From: Lytechinus pictus
Lineage: Eukaryota
Assembly: GCF_037042905.1 (NCBI RefSeq)
Contig: NC_087252.1
Coordinates: 20,772,001 to 20,836,000 of the forward strand
DNA: 64,000 nucleotides
Direction of reading: 5' to 3'
The position numbers and the translations under genes were made by a program. Below are positions 10,791 through 23,737 of the stretch, in pieces; the stretch's first letter is position 1, and each line of letters begins with the position of its first letter. The notes under the pieces were generated by a model. It searched no databases, was not told the origin of the DNA, and was given only the letters and a program-made list of their open reading frames with translations.

Positions 10791-13700
10791 AACTATCGGG
10801 AGTGGTAATTTCAACATCAACAAGGTAAGAAGTATTGGACATGGAGTCGTTGTACTTTAAAGAAGTGTAAAGGAGACTATTTAAATCTGGCCGGTTGCCT
10901 TCTCATACAATCTTCTGAATTTCTACCCGATCGGGTCAAATCGTTGATAAAGGCCCTAGGCCTAGTGGATAGCCGAAAAGTTTCGAAATAACTTTTCCAG
11001 TATGTCGAGAGCAAAATGCTGGGGTGTTTATTCAACGCGAAGACTTTCCCTGTTTTGAATTATCTTTGAACAAGCTAGCGATGTCATTTTGGAAACGGGC
11101 AAACCACGAACTGGGAGCGTTCCATCAACATTTTCTTGATTTTGATTGGCTGAGAAGTGCTATTACTATGGTAACTATCAGATTAGCAGACTTCGTTGAA
11201 GATCAGACAAGTTCTTTTATGAAATATTTCTTATTATACAATGTCATTTTTATCATTTCACCTGCTGAAAAAGAGTTGAATTAGAGCGATCAAAAGAACA
11301 GTTTTATGATTTTAAGTTGCATCTAGGTACATTATGAATTCCTACAAAATTAATGTCCAGATTGTTTATGATTTCCCCTCCAAGACTCAACTCGTGAAAA
11401 TTTAGGTCGTGACGTAAACATGGTAAACGTACCTTTAACGTATTATGCAATGCTTCGAGAGATCGAGTACAACTGAAGGTTGCCGGCTCGATATGGGCAA
11501 GACCTTAATTTACATGTACGTATTTCTTATTTTGTTAAAAATTGATGCCATGACTTAGAACCAGGTCCCAAACCTTCCAACAACGGGTATAAGGTAAGGC
11601 GTACGGAGTTAACAAAAAGTTTTACAGAAAAATAGTTCGCGTTATAATTATAGACATGGCCAGGACTCATGATAGTATAATAGGTAATAGTTATAATTTT
11701 CATTTAGAAATATTAAACATCCCCTCTATTAAATTGTTTCCTATCGGTGGATTACAACTGCACTAAGAAAAAACTTACCCATGCAATGTTTTATCGCAAT
11801 TAGAAAATTATTGAGTTGAAGTCACTTTCGTGTGATTGATATTCACAATTAGATGAACATGAACCAGAGTGTAGTCATTTTAATTGACTTTCTTTTTGAT
11901 AATTCTGCAAAATTTTGCAAAATTATCATTACGTAATTATAGTGTAGCTTCAGATCGGCACCAAAATTACTGTGCTGAAACATTGTCTTAAAAGCGGCTA
12001 TTTTGCCCTTATATGAAATAAAGCGGACATTCTATAATAGATGCCGGGAAGAATGGCAATATTTAATCGTATACTTTTTTACTGTTTCAGTAAATCGATT
12101 TCATTCAATTCTGTTGAACAATATTTTCCTTTTCTTCACACTATGAAGATAATGATGAGGTGAAATGAAATGAAATGAAAAGATGTTTATAATTCTGAAT
12201 CTTATATATGTTTTAATGTAAATTGCAATTATTTGATGTGAAATATTTTTACTCACCTTTCAATGAAGCAGATGATGTGCCTATAATCAGGTCGAATGCA
12301 AATAGGGGTGACCTTGTCAAAAAATGTTTTTATGTATCTACCATTTTTAGTTTAGACAAATCTACAATTTTCCAACAATTTACTCAGATAATATAAAACT
12401 TTTGGTTGTTATTTCGTAAAATTCGTAAGTAGTCATTATTTTTTTTCATCAATGTAATACGAGAGATTTTCTTCATTTTCATCAACTTTATGTATGAAAA
12501 AATAAAAGTGGTGACTATATGACAATATTATTTCACTAATTTCATAAACCCTTGTTCGGCATCATGTTATTATCATACCTCATTTCCGTGGTTGCACCAT
12601 TTGAGCTGAGGTTTATTTGATATTTTTCTCTAATTCTCGGTCATGGATTAAATCAATTTCAGGCGGATTTAACTTCAAGAAACGTGAGGGTGTGTGTGTG
12701 TGTGTGTGTGTAAGTGAGAAAGCATGTTTAAGGTGTATCTGTGTGTGTGTGTGTGTGTGAGGTTGGTGAGGGTATGTGTGCGTGCATGGCCTACGCAGCA
12801 GGCCGGGGCAGTCCCCCCTCCCCCCCCCCCCCCGATATTTTGAAAACTTACATTCTTTTACTGAAAATTTTGACAAAATTCACCAAAAGCATGCAATTAG
12901 AAATCCTTCAATTCCACTTTAAAAAGGGGAAAGTGTCCCAATGACAAGCTCGGTCGCTTCGCTCACTCACTTTTGAGGTTTTTCTAAAAAAAAAATATGC
13001 GTGCTGCCCCCAATATCTGCATACGGCCATGTGTGCATGTGAGGGTGCGTAGTAATCGTTTTTTTGTGTAGGTGTGCGGATGAAGCAATGTGTGTGTGCT
13101 GTGCGTGTATGATGATGAACCTGGGTGTGGGTGTACGTGTGGGAGTGTGCGTGTACATTTATAGCACAATCAGGACGGTCACCAGTTTTTTCGTATGTAT
13201 TGCACAGTAATTTTGCGTGGTATTTTACGTGGTATCAGTAGATAATAAACAAACTATCATAATTGAAAAAAAACAGCCGAAGAAGGCCCAATTACTTTAC
13301 TCTAACTAGCGTCTTTTGAATTCTCAAGAATGTGAAATAAAATTATATTATTATTTAATATTCCTATCTAAAGAATTACAACGCTTGATGCTAGTGGAGT
13401 GGAATAGCATTCCTATTACTGTTCTTCAAATTAGTTTTTTTCTTTTTTTCCGTGAAGGAGAGCATTATATATCAAATCATTTTCCAACCTGAACACCTGG
13501 GAATGCAGGCATGTTATATCTCCTCCCCGACTTTGCCCCTTCTATAAAAAGAAAGAAATTTATTTATCGAAAAATGGGGGAAAGATATTTTTATAAATCT
13601 CATTATGCTTTTCGTCCCAATATCTAATTCTATACTACTAATTTACAACGAAGGTAGCAGATAAAAAGAAACCCTGTAAATATCGTATTGAAAATATAGC

Positions 13701-15093
13701 TAAAGGTTATGAAAACATTTCTAAAGATTTAACATGTATATAAAAAAAATTATGGTCTATAGAAAGTAAAAATGCTTTTTGAAATTTCATACATTACTGT
13801 TTTACTATATGAACCTTACTATAGTTGTTTAACTTTTTAAACAACCATCATGCCTAATTATCGAGAATTAAATTTAAAAAATCAAACTTTGCTGTTTAAT
13901 ATACTTCTTAAACTACTGTAAGATTCATGTAGTAAACAGCGCTTTACTGTGTATTGTCAATAAAGACAATTTTGTTAACGATTTAATTGTTTAATATAAT
14001 TTTTTAGCAAATGTTGAATGATTAGACCTTTACCTGGTCCGAAATTAATTTATCTATATTCATTTCATAATTACGTATCGTGAGCGAACTTTTGGCATTC
14101 AATTGTTATACGGATGGATTATGAATAGGCCCTATGTGTTTTCCTATTAGGCATATAATTATGTCACAGTTATTCAAAAAAAAATGTGACACATGCAACC
14201 ACCCTGAACCACAATTAATAAATAATTAACAATGACATTCTTACGATCGTTAAAATCGAATTCAATTGAATTTGAATCCAACACTGTCCAAAGTTCAGCC
14301 AGTGTTTTTTTTTTCTGATCAAAGTTACTTCCATGTATTCGAGAGTGTTTGTTTTGAGTGTTAGATATGAATAGGCAGGTACTAGGTCAATAAAACATTT
14401 TATCCCCGGAAGAGTATATGGCTCTACGCGTGCTGTATTTGTACCTTGAGAACATAATTGAGAAATGTGTAATCTTCTTTAAATCATATCTACTAGCAGG
14501 CCATATCACCATTTGTTTTTATGCAGGAAATTTAAAGACTCCCTTATTCACAGCAAACATAATTATATTTCTTTTCCCTTCGGAGCTGAGAGAGCCTCGC
14601 GGGTCATCGCTCCGGGATGCGCGTTTCCGTTTTACACCCTGGCGAAGGCATTTTCCGCAAAAATAGCCACAAAGCGACTAGTGAAGAGTCTACACACGTC
14701 GCTGGTTGCAGCGTGCGACACAGGCGAGTCCCACACCACCGCATGCAATCTGCACAGTTACTGATCAGAGCATAGAGTTCCTCGGCACTTCATGTACAGA
14801 GAGCAGTCATATGAGTGAAATCCGAACATGCTTTTGCAGTTACGTTTTTTTTATGAAAAGTTATGAAAAAGTTTTTTTTTTCTAAATATAAATTATTAAC
14901 TAAATGAAAAGAATGACAGACAAAATAAAAATAAACAGATACATATAATAGAAAGAAAATTGAAGTTTGATGGATTGATACACTTAGATGCCGAAAGATA
15001 GATATAGAAGACTGATAAATAGATAGAGACATATATAGATAGATAAATAGATAGATAGAAGTAGAGAGAGAGAGAGAGAAAGACAGAGAGATG

Positions 15094-15148
<55 letters not shown>

Positions 15149-15518
15149 GGGGGGAGAGAACTTGAGAGATGGAGAGATGTTATAGATAGATAGATAGATA
15201 TATGGACGGATTAAGAGAAATAGAGAGAGAGAAAAAAAGACAGACAGATGGATAGATAGAGAGAGAAAGAGAGAGAGGGAGAGGGAGAGAGAGATAGAGA
15301 ATCTGAGAGATAGATAGATGTTAGATAGATAGATAAAGAATGAGAGAGACAGAGAAGATAGACAAATTAACAGATAAATAGAAACTGTAGTTACATGCCG
15401 ATAGCTAGATAAATAGATAGATAGAAGATAGAGAGAGAGAAATAGAGAAAGACAGACAGATGGATAGATAGATAGAGGGGGGAGAGAGAGATAGAGAATT
15501 TGAGAGATAGGTACATGT

Positions 15519-15589
<71 letters not shown>

Positions 15590-15671
15590 AGAATGAGAGA
15601 GACAGAGAAGATAGATAAATTAACAGATAGATAGATACTGTAGTTACATAGATAGATAAATAGATAAAAGA

Positions 15672-17440
15672 TTTTTTTTTCTCTACTTTATTTACATCTC
15701 TATAATACAGTTTACAAATCACAAAGTATATACAGTAATCAAATTAATCAATCAATAAATAAGTTTCAGCAATTTGTCAATTTCTTTTGTATTCTTATTT
15801 TTGGTAACATATTTTGAACTTAAATACCATCTCAGTTTCATTTTCAAATTCATCCATAATCTATTTACATTAACAAAGTAATAACCTTTTCTCATACTCG
15901 TTTCAATATAATTTCTGTAAATGGTGTATTGAGTAAAATTCAAAATGATATTAATTAACCAGTATTTCGGTTCTTGTATATTCCAACCTAAAATTACTAT
16001 ATTTTCATTAACACAGACCTGTACTTTAGAAACAGAAAGAATTGTGTCTTCTACCATTTTCCATAGAGGTTTTATATTCTCACATTTTATCAACATATGC
16101 ATAATTGTTCCCTTAAGTAAACAAAGATTACATTTATCATCATTTTTTAAACTCCATTTAAATAAATTTGATTGGGACGGAAGTATTTTATGCAGGAGCT
16201 TAAAATTAAATTCTCTAACCTTATTATCTTTTATTTGTCTAAGTTTAAAATACAGGACTTTGTCCCATTTAATTTCTATCTGAAGTCCCAAATAATTTTG
16301 CCAAAACATAAAGAAAGATGCTTCTGTTTTGTTATGTTCTAAATAATAATGATAATAATGCCCAGCTTTCAAGATATTTACATCAATTAAATCACCATTT
16401 GATATTTCAATAAGATTGGGTATAATCGTTATTTCCTTTTGTTGTGCATTTGATCTATTTTCCAGCCAGGTGTTGGGAAATGCTTTCTTCAACTTTTGTA
16501 GTTCAAAATTGTATAATAATTTTCTGTTTTCAAAATCATCAAATACCGTATTGAGGTTTTTCCATTTACCTTCTTTTATAACATGATTTACCATCAATAC
16601 ACCAGATTTCCTCCATTTATTAAAATTTAGTGTTTCATTTTGTATTTTTATATTACTGTTATTCCATTAAACTTGTTTTGGAATATCAGTAATTTTCAAA
16701 AAATTCTGGTATCTCAAATTTGCCCAAACATATAGAAAATCGATATAAGAGGAGGGTAGATTATACCTTTTCCCTAAATTAACAATGTCTACACTATTAC
16801 AATTATAATGTAAACATAATGGAAAACCACCAATCTTATTTGTCCAATAGGTAAAAAGAGTTTTCCATGCTCCCTTTATTTCATCCATATATTTATAAAT
16901 CCACGCTAATCGAAGTGATGAAAATTTGGCTTTCATATCAACCATGTTTAACCCACCATCAATTTCTTTGTTTAAACATACATTTCTCTTAACTTTATTT
17001 TTTTTGGAATTCCATAAAAATGTATATAATTTTTTATTCAAGGCCTTTGAAATATAATCGGGCACAGGAACTGCCGAAGCAACATAAACAAATTGTGATG
17101 CTATTAAAATCTTAATGACAGATATTTTTCCAAAGTAAGTCAGATTTCTCATTTTCCATAAATTAAGTATATTTTCGACTTTTCCAAGTCTCCCTTCCCA
17201 ATTTCTTTTTTCTACATCAACATGGTTTTTACCAACATATATTCCAAGACATTTTACTGGATCGACTGTGCATTCTAGGTCATTTAACTCTATATTTTCA
17301 TCTAACTTCATTATTTTAGATTTAGACCAATTGACTTTCGGCCCTGCTATATTTCCAAATCTATTAATCTCAGTCATTATATTTTGTACAGAATTTGTTC
17401 CATTGGCGAATACTATAGTATCATCGGCGTATACTGGGCT
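15672..17440 (-). mobile_element. 5'-truncated L1/Tx1-clade LINE (RT C-terminal part plus CCHC zinc knuckle), one in-frame nonsense codon
   Basis: - strand YADDTIVF at ~17400-17435, then CLGIYVG, KLYTFLW, GGLNMVD and CNLC...H...C. ORFs 16667-17377 and 15752-16597 share a frame, separated by a single TAA. AATAAA and a poly(A) tail at ~15672-15692. Confidence 0.9.
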
Positions 17441-17898
17441 AGAGATAAATAGATAGAAGATAGATAGATAGATAGATATATAGATGGGGGAGAGAACTTG
17501 AGAGATGGAGAGATGTTATAGATAGATAGATATATATATATGGACGGAAAAAGAGAAATAGACAAAGAGAGAAAAAAAAGACAGACAGATGGAGAGATAG
17601 ATAGAGGGAGAGAGAGATAGAGAATTTGAAAGATAGATAGATGTTAGATAGATATATAGATAGATAAAGAATGAGAGAGACAGAGAAGATAGACAAATTA
17701 ACAGATAGATAGATACTGTAGTTACATAGATAGATAGATAAATAGATAGATAGATATATAATTTGAGAGATAAATACATAGACGGATAGAGAGAAAAAGA
17801 CAGACAGATGGATAGAGAGAATTCGAGACATAGATAGACGGATAGAGAGAAACAGAGAGAGAGAAAAAGATAGACAGATGGATATATAGAGAGAATTT

Positions 17899-17920
<22 letters not shown>

Positions 17921-17958
<38 letters not shown>

Positions 17959-18430
17959 TATTGCAATAAAAACTATCAAAATACAATCACAAGCAGTCAA
18001 AGACTGAAATAAGTGAATGTTTACATACAAATAGAATCATAACAAAATATAAAGTAAACATTATAAATAAACATCAAATACAATACAAATTCATACAGAT
18101 AAAAAAGAAATGTATCATAAATAAATACAAAAGGCCAAAAGTAAAGTGTCACCAAAGAAGAAAAAAGCGGAACGAAAGATTAAGAAGAAAGAGGTGAGAG
18201 AAGGGAAAGAAATTGGGATAAGACAAAGAGAAGGGAAAGCAAGAGGTGGAATTTGAAAGAGAATAGGAGGCAACCTTCAGAAAAAAGGTCATTATGCAAT
18301 ACAAGACATTTAACAATGGTAACAAGTAAATAAAGTAGTAATTGAATCGAATCGAGCACAAAAAAGGGAAAAGTAGAGCTGAGGAAATAGACTCCCGAAG
18401 GAAGTCGAAGCAGTGTTGATATTGCACATG
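17921..18430 (-). mobile_element. Probable 3'UTR remnant of a second non-LTR retrotransposon with a (TA)n tail
   Basis: Unique sequence interrupting the GATA satellite, ending on the - strand in AATAAA followed by (TA)n. No coding remnant recognised. Confidence 0.45.
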
Positions 18431-19016
18431 AGTAGATTAACAGATGGATAGAGAGAAATAAAAGAGAGACAGATGGATAGATAGAGAATTTGAGAGATAG
18501 ATGTTAGATGGATAGATAGATAGACAGATAGATAGGTAGATAGAGAATGAGAGAGACAGAGTAGATAGACAAATTAACAGATAGATATATCATGTAGTAC
18601 CATAGATTGATTTATAACATAGATAGTGGATAGACAGATATGATAGATATAAGGATAGATATAATATGAAAAAAAAGTAATTATGTGTTTTATTTTTCAA
18701 TATTTTAGCTATTATTCGTTTTCATTCATATAAACGATCATGTGCGATAAAGTAAAAACAAAAATCATGAAGCCAACGTATATAGTTCAGCGGAACAACC
18801 AAAATACAGAGACTGAAGCTTTTGGTCTATAAGCTCAGCTGCATTTGCACGTATGTTCTGCGGATATCTTTGGTGCGGACTTTTGGATCGCGCGCCCAGC
18901 TGATTATGTAAACAAACGTAGACGTAGACTCTTCACTAGTCGCTTTGTGGCTATTTTTCCGGAAAATGCCTTCGCCAGGGTGTAAAACGGAAACGCGCCT
19001 CCGGCGCAGGCCTATA

Positions 19017-19346
19017 ATGGAGTTTGTACATCTGTCAACAAGACACAGGTCTCGACCTACAGTCCCTTTCATACTTCTCTGTGTAGTGTTTTTTACCATG
19101 CCATCAGATCTCCAGGCGGGTAATGTCCTTATCACCACAAGTCTGGGCGAAGGATCACATTATTTCGTTGGGAAGACGATCGGTAAATACCTCGTGAAAC
19201 ATGGACACAACGTCACGGTTCTTGTCAGCAAAGCGTATGCGTACAGGGCTGATGATATTGAAGACTTGGAATTGAACTTCATCGTGTTTGAACAGACAGC
19301 CGAACAAATCGCCTCTGTTAAAGAGAGGCATTTGGCCTTCTCAAAG
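19017..19346 (+). CDS. UDP-glucuronosyltransferase/glycosyltransferase (GT1) exon 1 of 6
   Basis: MEFVHLS...PFILLCVVFF (signal peptide), then GNVLITTSLGEGSHY (catalytic His motif) and LVKHGHNVTVLV. Donor AAG|gtaggt, phase 0. Confidence 0.92.
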
Positions 19347-20100
19347 GTAGGTTAATCGATAAGTACACTTTTAATTTCAGTTAATGTCGGTGCAATTGAT
19401 CCATCGTTTTGTAACATATATGTAAGTCAAGGAACCAGGGGCGCGACTCTCAATGGTTGGCCTACTATAGGGAAGGGTGTGCAGACAACATTTTTTTGGC
19501 TAAAAATGATAGCGGGAGATTTTTTTAAAAAGTACAATAGCTGTATTGTACATTTTTTTAATGTCAATTCCACATGCATGCACAAGAAACCCCCCCTCCC
19601 CCAAAAAAAAAAAAAAAAAAAAAAAAAAAAGATTTACTAGTATAAAACCACGTCTACCTCCACGGTTGCTGCTATAACAGATGGCTGATCTGCATATATC
19701 TTTTTTCGGATGTAAATCTAATATTTAATTTTTCAGCACACCTATTCAACCAGTTATGCTTGTATTATTATAGTTTCACTGTTGAAATAAAGAAAATATA
19801 CAAATTCTCTCCACTCTGCGGTTATGCTTGCTAACATCGGTTAATGCTAACAAGTGTTATAATTTTGCCATTGTAAATAAAAAAGGTCATATCTCCCGGA
19901 GTATCCCTTCAAAGAATTTAAAATGTTTCCAACATTGAGTTGAAAGTTCATTCAATTTGAAATGCATCTTCGCTCAGCAAACACAAAACGTACTTTATTT
20001 GACGTTCAAAATTAGAACGTCCTTTAAACAATTCTTTTTAACATTATCAAACTTAAATCTCCCTATATTATACATCTACAATTAACTTATGAAGCATTTT

Positions 20101-20906
20101 TGTCTCACCTGCATAGCAGAGTGAGATATAGGCGCCGCTTTTCCGACGGCGGCGGTGGCGGCGGCGGCGTCAACACCAAATCTTAACCGAATGTTAAGTT
20201 TTTGAAATGACAATTAACATAACTTAGAAAGTAGGACCCTATATGGACCTAGTTCATGAAATTTGGCCATAAGGTTAATCAAGTATTACTGAACATCCTG
20301 CCTGAGTTTCATGTCACATGACCAAGGTCAAAGGTCATTTAGGATCAATGAACTTAGACCATGTTTGGGGAATCAACATCAAAATCTTAACCTAAGGTTA
20401 AGTTTTTGAAAAGTCATCATAACTTAGAAAATATATAGACCTAGTTCATGAAACTTGGACATAAGGTTAATCAAGTATCACTAAAGATCCTGCACGAGTT
20501 TCACGTCACATGACCAAGGTCAAAGGTCATTTAGGGTCAAGGAACTTTGGCCAAATTGGGGGTATTTGTTGAATTACCATCATAACTTTGAAAGTTTATT
20601 GGTCTAGTTCATGAAACTTGGACATAAGAGTAATCAAGTATCACTGAACATCCTGTGCGAGTTTTAGATCACATGTTCAAGGTCAAAGGTCATGTAAGGT
20701 CAATGAAATTTGGCCATGTTGGGGGTATTTGTTGAATTACCATCATATCTCTGTAAGTGTATTGGTCTAGTTCATAAAACGTGTACATAAGAGTAACCAA
20801 GTATCACTGAACATCTTGTGCAAGTTATAGTAGTTTTCAAAGTCAGCACTGCTGCTATATTGAATCGCGTGATGCAGGTGAGACCGCCAGAGGCATTCCA
20901 CTTGTT
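20101..20906 (+). mobile_element. Non-autonomous Helentron-like (HINE/DINE-type) element with internal ~160-190-bp tandem repeats
   Basis: T-rich flanks. 5' gtctcacctgcat and subterminal inverted atgcaggtgagac (20872-20884), followed by a short 3' hairpin and cttgtt. Four internal repeats ctagttcat.aaa...aagtat.act.aa.atc.tg. Confidence 0.75.
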
Positions 20907-21444
20907 TATTTATTGAGTCTGTGATGTGATCGGGATCTTTTATATAATGCCAATATTGCTTATGTTCTGGTATCTTGAAAAATGCAAAACTTCATGAATA
21001 ACATTATTTATTTTATAGCCGAGTTGATGACATTTTCATTATAAATCATGCCTGTTTGTTTTTTCTTCAATGGTAATCGAAGTTCTTATCAGAAATAAGT
21101 AAACTTAATGTTGAAGTTGATGTACAATAATATGTTGTTTAAACTATGATAAAATTATTTATTGGGGAAACCTGGATTAGTATGTTGGTGTCATGCTAGC
21201 TCAAATTATCTATTTTTCAGTTTAAGATACTTGAAAGTGAAACTTAGTTTAAAATTATAAAATCTATCCATAATTACTACAATTTAACGATGAATTGAAA
21301 CATTTTCTTGTACTTGTAGTTATTAATAATAATAATAACAATAATATATATGTATGCGGTTTGACTGTTCTCACTTTTCAGTATTGGCAGTAGAAATCTA
21401 AGGATGTTTATAATTGACTTATCTTTATTTTTACCTCTTCTTAG

Positions 21445-21765
21445 AACGCATTAGAGCCGAATAATGTTGCTTACTTGCTCAAAATGATGAAAACAGCTCG
21501 TCAAGGGGTTGCCGATGACTGTGATGAGCTCTTGGGGCGAAACCCCGACGTCATGCACCAAATCGAGTCGGGAAACTTCGACGTGGTCGTCTACGATATG
21601 ATCTGGTTGTGCAGTCTGCTTTTGGCAATGAAAATAAACGCAACAGCGGTCTTATCGTCCCCGATGTCCCTGCCTGTGTTCACCGCCTATGCTCATAATC
21701 CAGTGAATTTAGCGTACGTTCCATACTTTATGACCGGTTATACGAGCTCAATGTCCTTTTTGCAG
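21445..21765 (+). CDS. UGT exon 2
   Basis: Acceptor ctcttcttag. Encodes C.ELL, FDVVVYD (catalytic Asp), NLAYVP and MSFLQ. Donor CAG|gtagtg. 321 nt, phase 0-0. Confidence 0.92.
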
Positions 21766-21863
21766 GTAGTGTTTCAGCGTCCCATAATTCATAATCAATA
21801 TAATTGTCTTCGTTGTTGATTTTGGTCATAGTATTAATTTACAACATTATATCCACAGCAGGT

Positions 21864-22143
21864 GGAAGCGCCGTGGTGTAGCGGTTCTGACTCTCGCCTT
21901 GTAATCAGAGGGTCGTGTGTTCGAATCCCACCATGGCCTAGCGTCCTTTGGGAAGGCGTCAATCCACAGTTTGCCATTCTCACCCAGGTGCTAATTGGGT
22001 ACCGGTAGGAAACAACCGTCATTGTGGTTGGTTTAGCAGGCTGCTTGAAATGCTATGAATCCAGTAACCGGGTAAAAATAATTGTGAAGCGCTTCGAACA
22101 GTCGTAGATTGATAAAGTGCTATATAGAGGCCACTTATTATTA
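21864..22143 (+). mobile_element. tRNA-derived SINE
   Basis: A box TGGTGTAGCGG and B box GTTCGAATCC. Central cacccaggtg..aattgggtaccgg. (TTA)n tail. Confidence 0.85.
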
Positions 22144-22348
22144 TCATGTGACACAGCGTGTTCACAGTGTGGAACGCAAACTGAAATTGCCTTCACACTG
22201 TTAAATTTGAGTATTTCAACAGTGTGAATCACTCATTCACATAGTCGACCGTGTAAACAAGGTGTAAACAATCACACTTTCGAGGTGTCCACAGTGTGTA
22301 AATATCTTCACACTGTTGAATTCGAGCATTCTAACAGTATTTATATGT

Positions 22349-22630
22349 GGAGCGTTGTGGCCCAGTGGATTAGTCTTCGGACTTTGAAACAGAGGGTCGT
22401 GGGTTCGAATCCCAGCCATGGCGTAATTTCCTTCAGCAAGAAACTGATCCACAATGTGCTGCACTCAACCCAGATGAGGTAAATGGGTACCGGTATAGGA
22501 AGTAATTCCTTAAAAAGCTGTGTGCGCTCTGAACGCCTAGCTTAGCCGGGTTATATAGGAGCGCCTTGAGCACCTAACAAGGTGGATATGTGCGCAATAT
22601 AAATACCCTATATTATTATTATTATTATAT
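22349..22630 (+). mobile_element. tRNA-derived SINE with L2-like 3' tail
   Basis: A box TGGCCCAGTGG and B box GGTTCGAATCC. Central acccagatgaggtaaatgggtaccgg. 3' gcgccttgag...gatatgtgcgc followed by (ATT)n. Confidence 0.88.
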
Positions 22631-23485
22631 ATTGATTTATTTATTTCAGTTTTCTTTTACCATGGTAGCCCCTTCAGTTACGAAAACTGATTAACAAGAG
22701 GGCACTGGGAATGATAAAAGACATAAAAACATACAAAGATAAATCAATAACAATAAATAGTCAAATACATCGTACCAATAAGAATATTTAACATTACAGT
22801 TTTTCAGAGCTTTAATAATAGAATACATAATGTAATCATATTAACGATGTAATAAAAAATATGAATAATATTTTCAAATAATTCACTAGGTAAACACAAT
22901 GTGAGAACACACTGTGATCACACTGTGTTCTTTCCAACAGGCATGTTGTGGAAAAAAAAAACTGAAAGCTAAAGTACTTCAGTGACAATTCTTTCATATC
23001 TCATGATGATAACCATCCGCGGTCCCACATGGGAACCGTGATTTTTTTTAATGGAACAAAGAAATTGGAGGAGAAACGAAAACTAAGACAGAGGAAACGG
23101 GAGAAAACAAGGGAAAGAGTATGAAGAATAGAGGTGTTGCCTTAGGCATCCCTCCATTCCCTTGATTAATAACTTATTTTGCAATATTCAAATCGATGAC
23201 TTTGCTTCAATCTTGTAAGCCGCTGTTTTTAGTTTCTTTTACTATTTTTTTTCTCGAATTAATGACATTTTTACTTTGCTTTATGATTATCTTTGCTTTA
23301 CAGATCTGTTTTGTATTGTTTTGAAATTTGGAAATCAATAGATACATTTAAAAAAGAAATAGAAATGTTGGCCGTTTCATTTTAAAATATTATGACGTCA
23401 CAACTAGGTCATCTGTCCCGCCCCCATAAAAATAAGGAAACAAATAACAATAGTACTTTTTATATTATTATCATTATTCATACAG

Positions 23486-23737
23486 CGTGTTAACAACGTA
23501 ATATTGAACCAAGGATTTTCCCCGATGTTTGAGTACATGAACCAACCATTCAACGAACTTAGAGAGCGCCACAAGATCAGACCGGATTTAACCGGTTCGG
23601 TTTCAGAACTGGTGGGGATCTACACCGATTTATTCTTATTCAATCTCGATTTTGCCGTCGAGTTCCCTCTCCCGCTTCTCCCGAATATTATCCCGATAGG
23701 AGGCATCACAGCCAGACCGGTGTCACCGTTACCAAGT
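23486..23737 (+). CDS. UGT exon 3
   Basis: Acceptor catacag. RVNN...DLFLFNLDFAVEFPLPLLPNIIPIGGITARPVSPLPS. Donor gtaagc. 252 nt, phase 0-0. Confidence 0.93.

Larger units (their letters stand above)
14930..18665. repeat. (GATA)/(GA)-based complex satellite with a recurring higher-order unit, split by LINE insertions
   Basis: Long (AGAT)n runs. Marker aaattaacagata.atag recurs near 15361, 15615, 17692 and 18568. Confidence 0.9.

Noticed and set aside
15405..18030. Minus-strand YLSI-repeat ORFs
   Set aside because: They are translations of (TATC)n and (TA)n microsatellites.
14592..19013. Single 4.4-kb transposon bounded by the inverted 75-mers
   Set aside because: No TSD was found and the terminus-like TAGAC ends point inward. 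It is kept only as an open alternative in the findings.
18945..19016. ORF-track N-terminus MWLFFRKMPSPG... as the UGT start
   Set aside because: It falls within a repeat also present at 14.6 kb. The ATG at 19017 has good context (ataATGG) and gives a normal signal-peptide position.
21864..22430. tRNA genes
   Set aside because: A and B boxes are present, but the sequences continue into SINE bodies and (ATT)n tails. There is no clean cloverleaf or oligo-T terminator.
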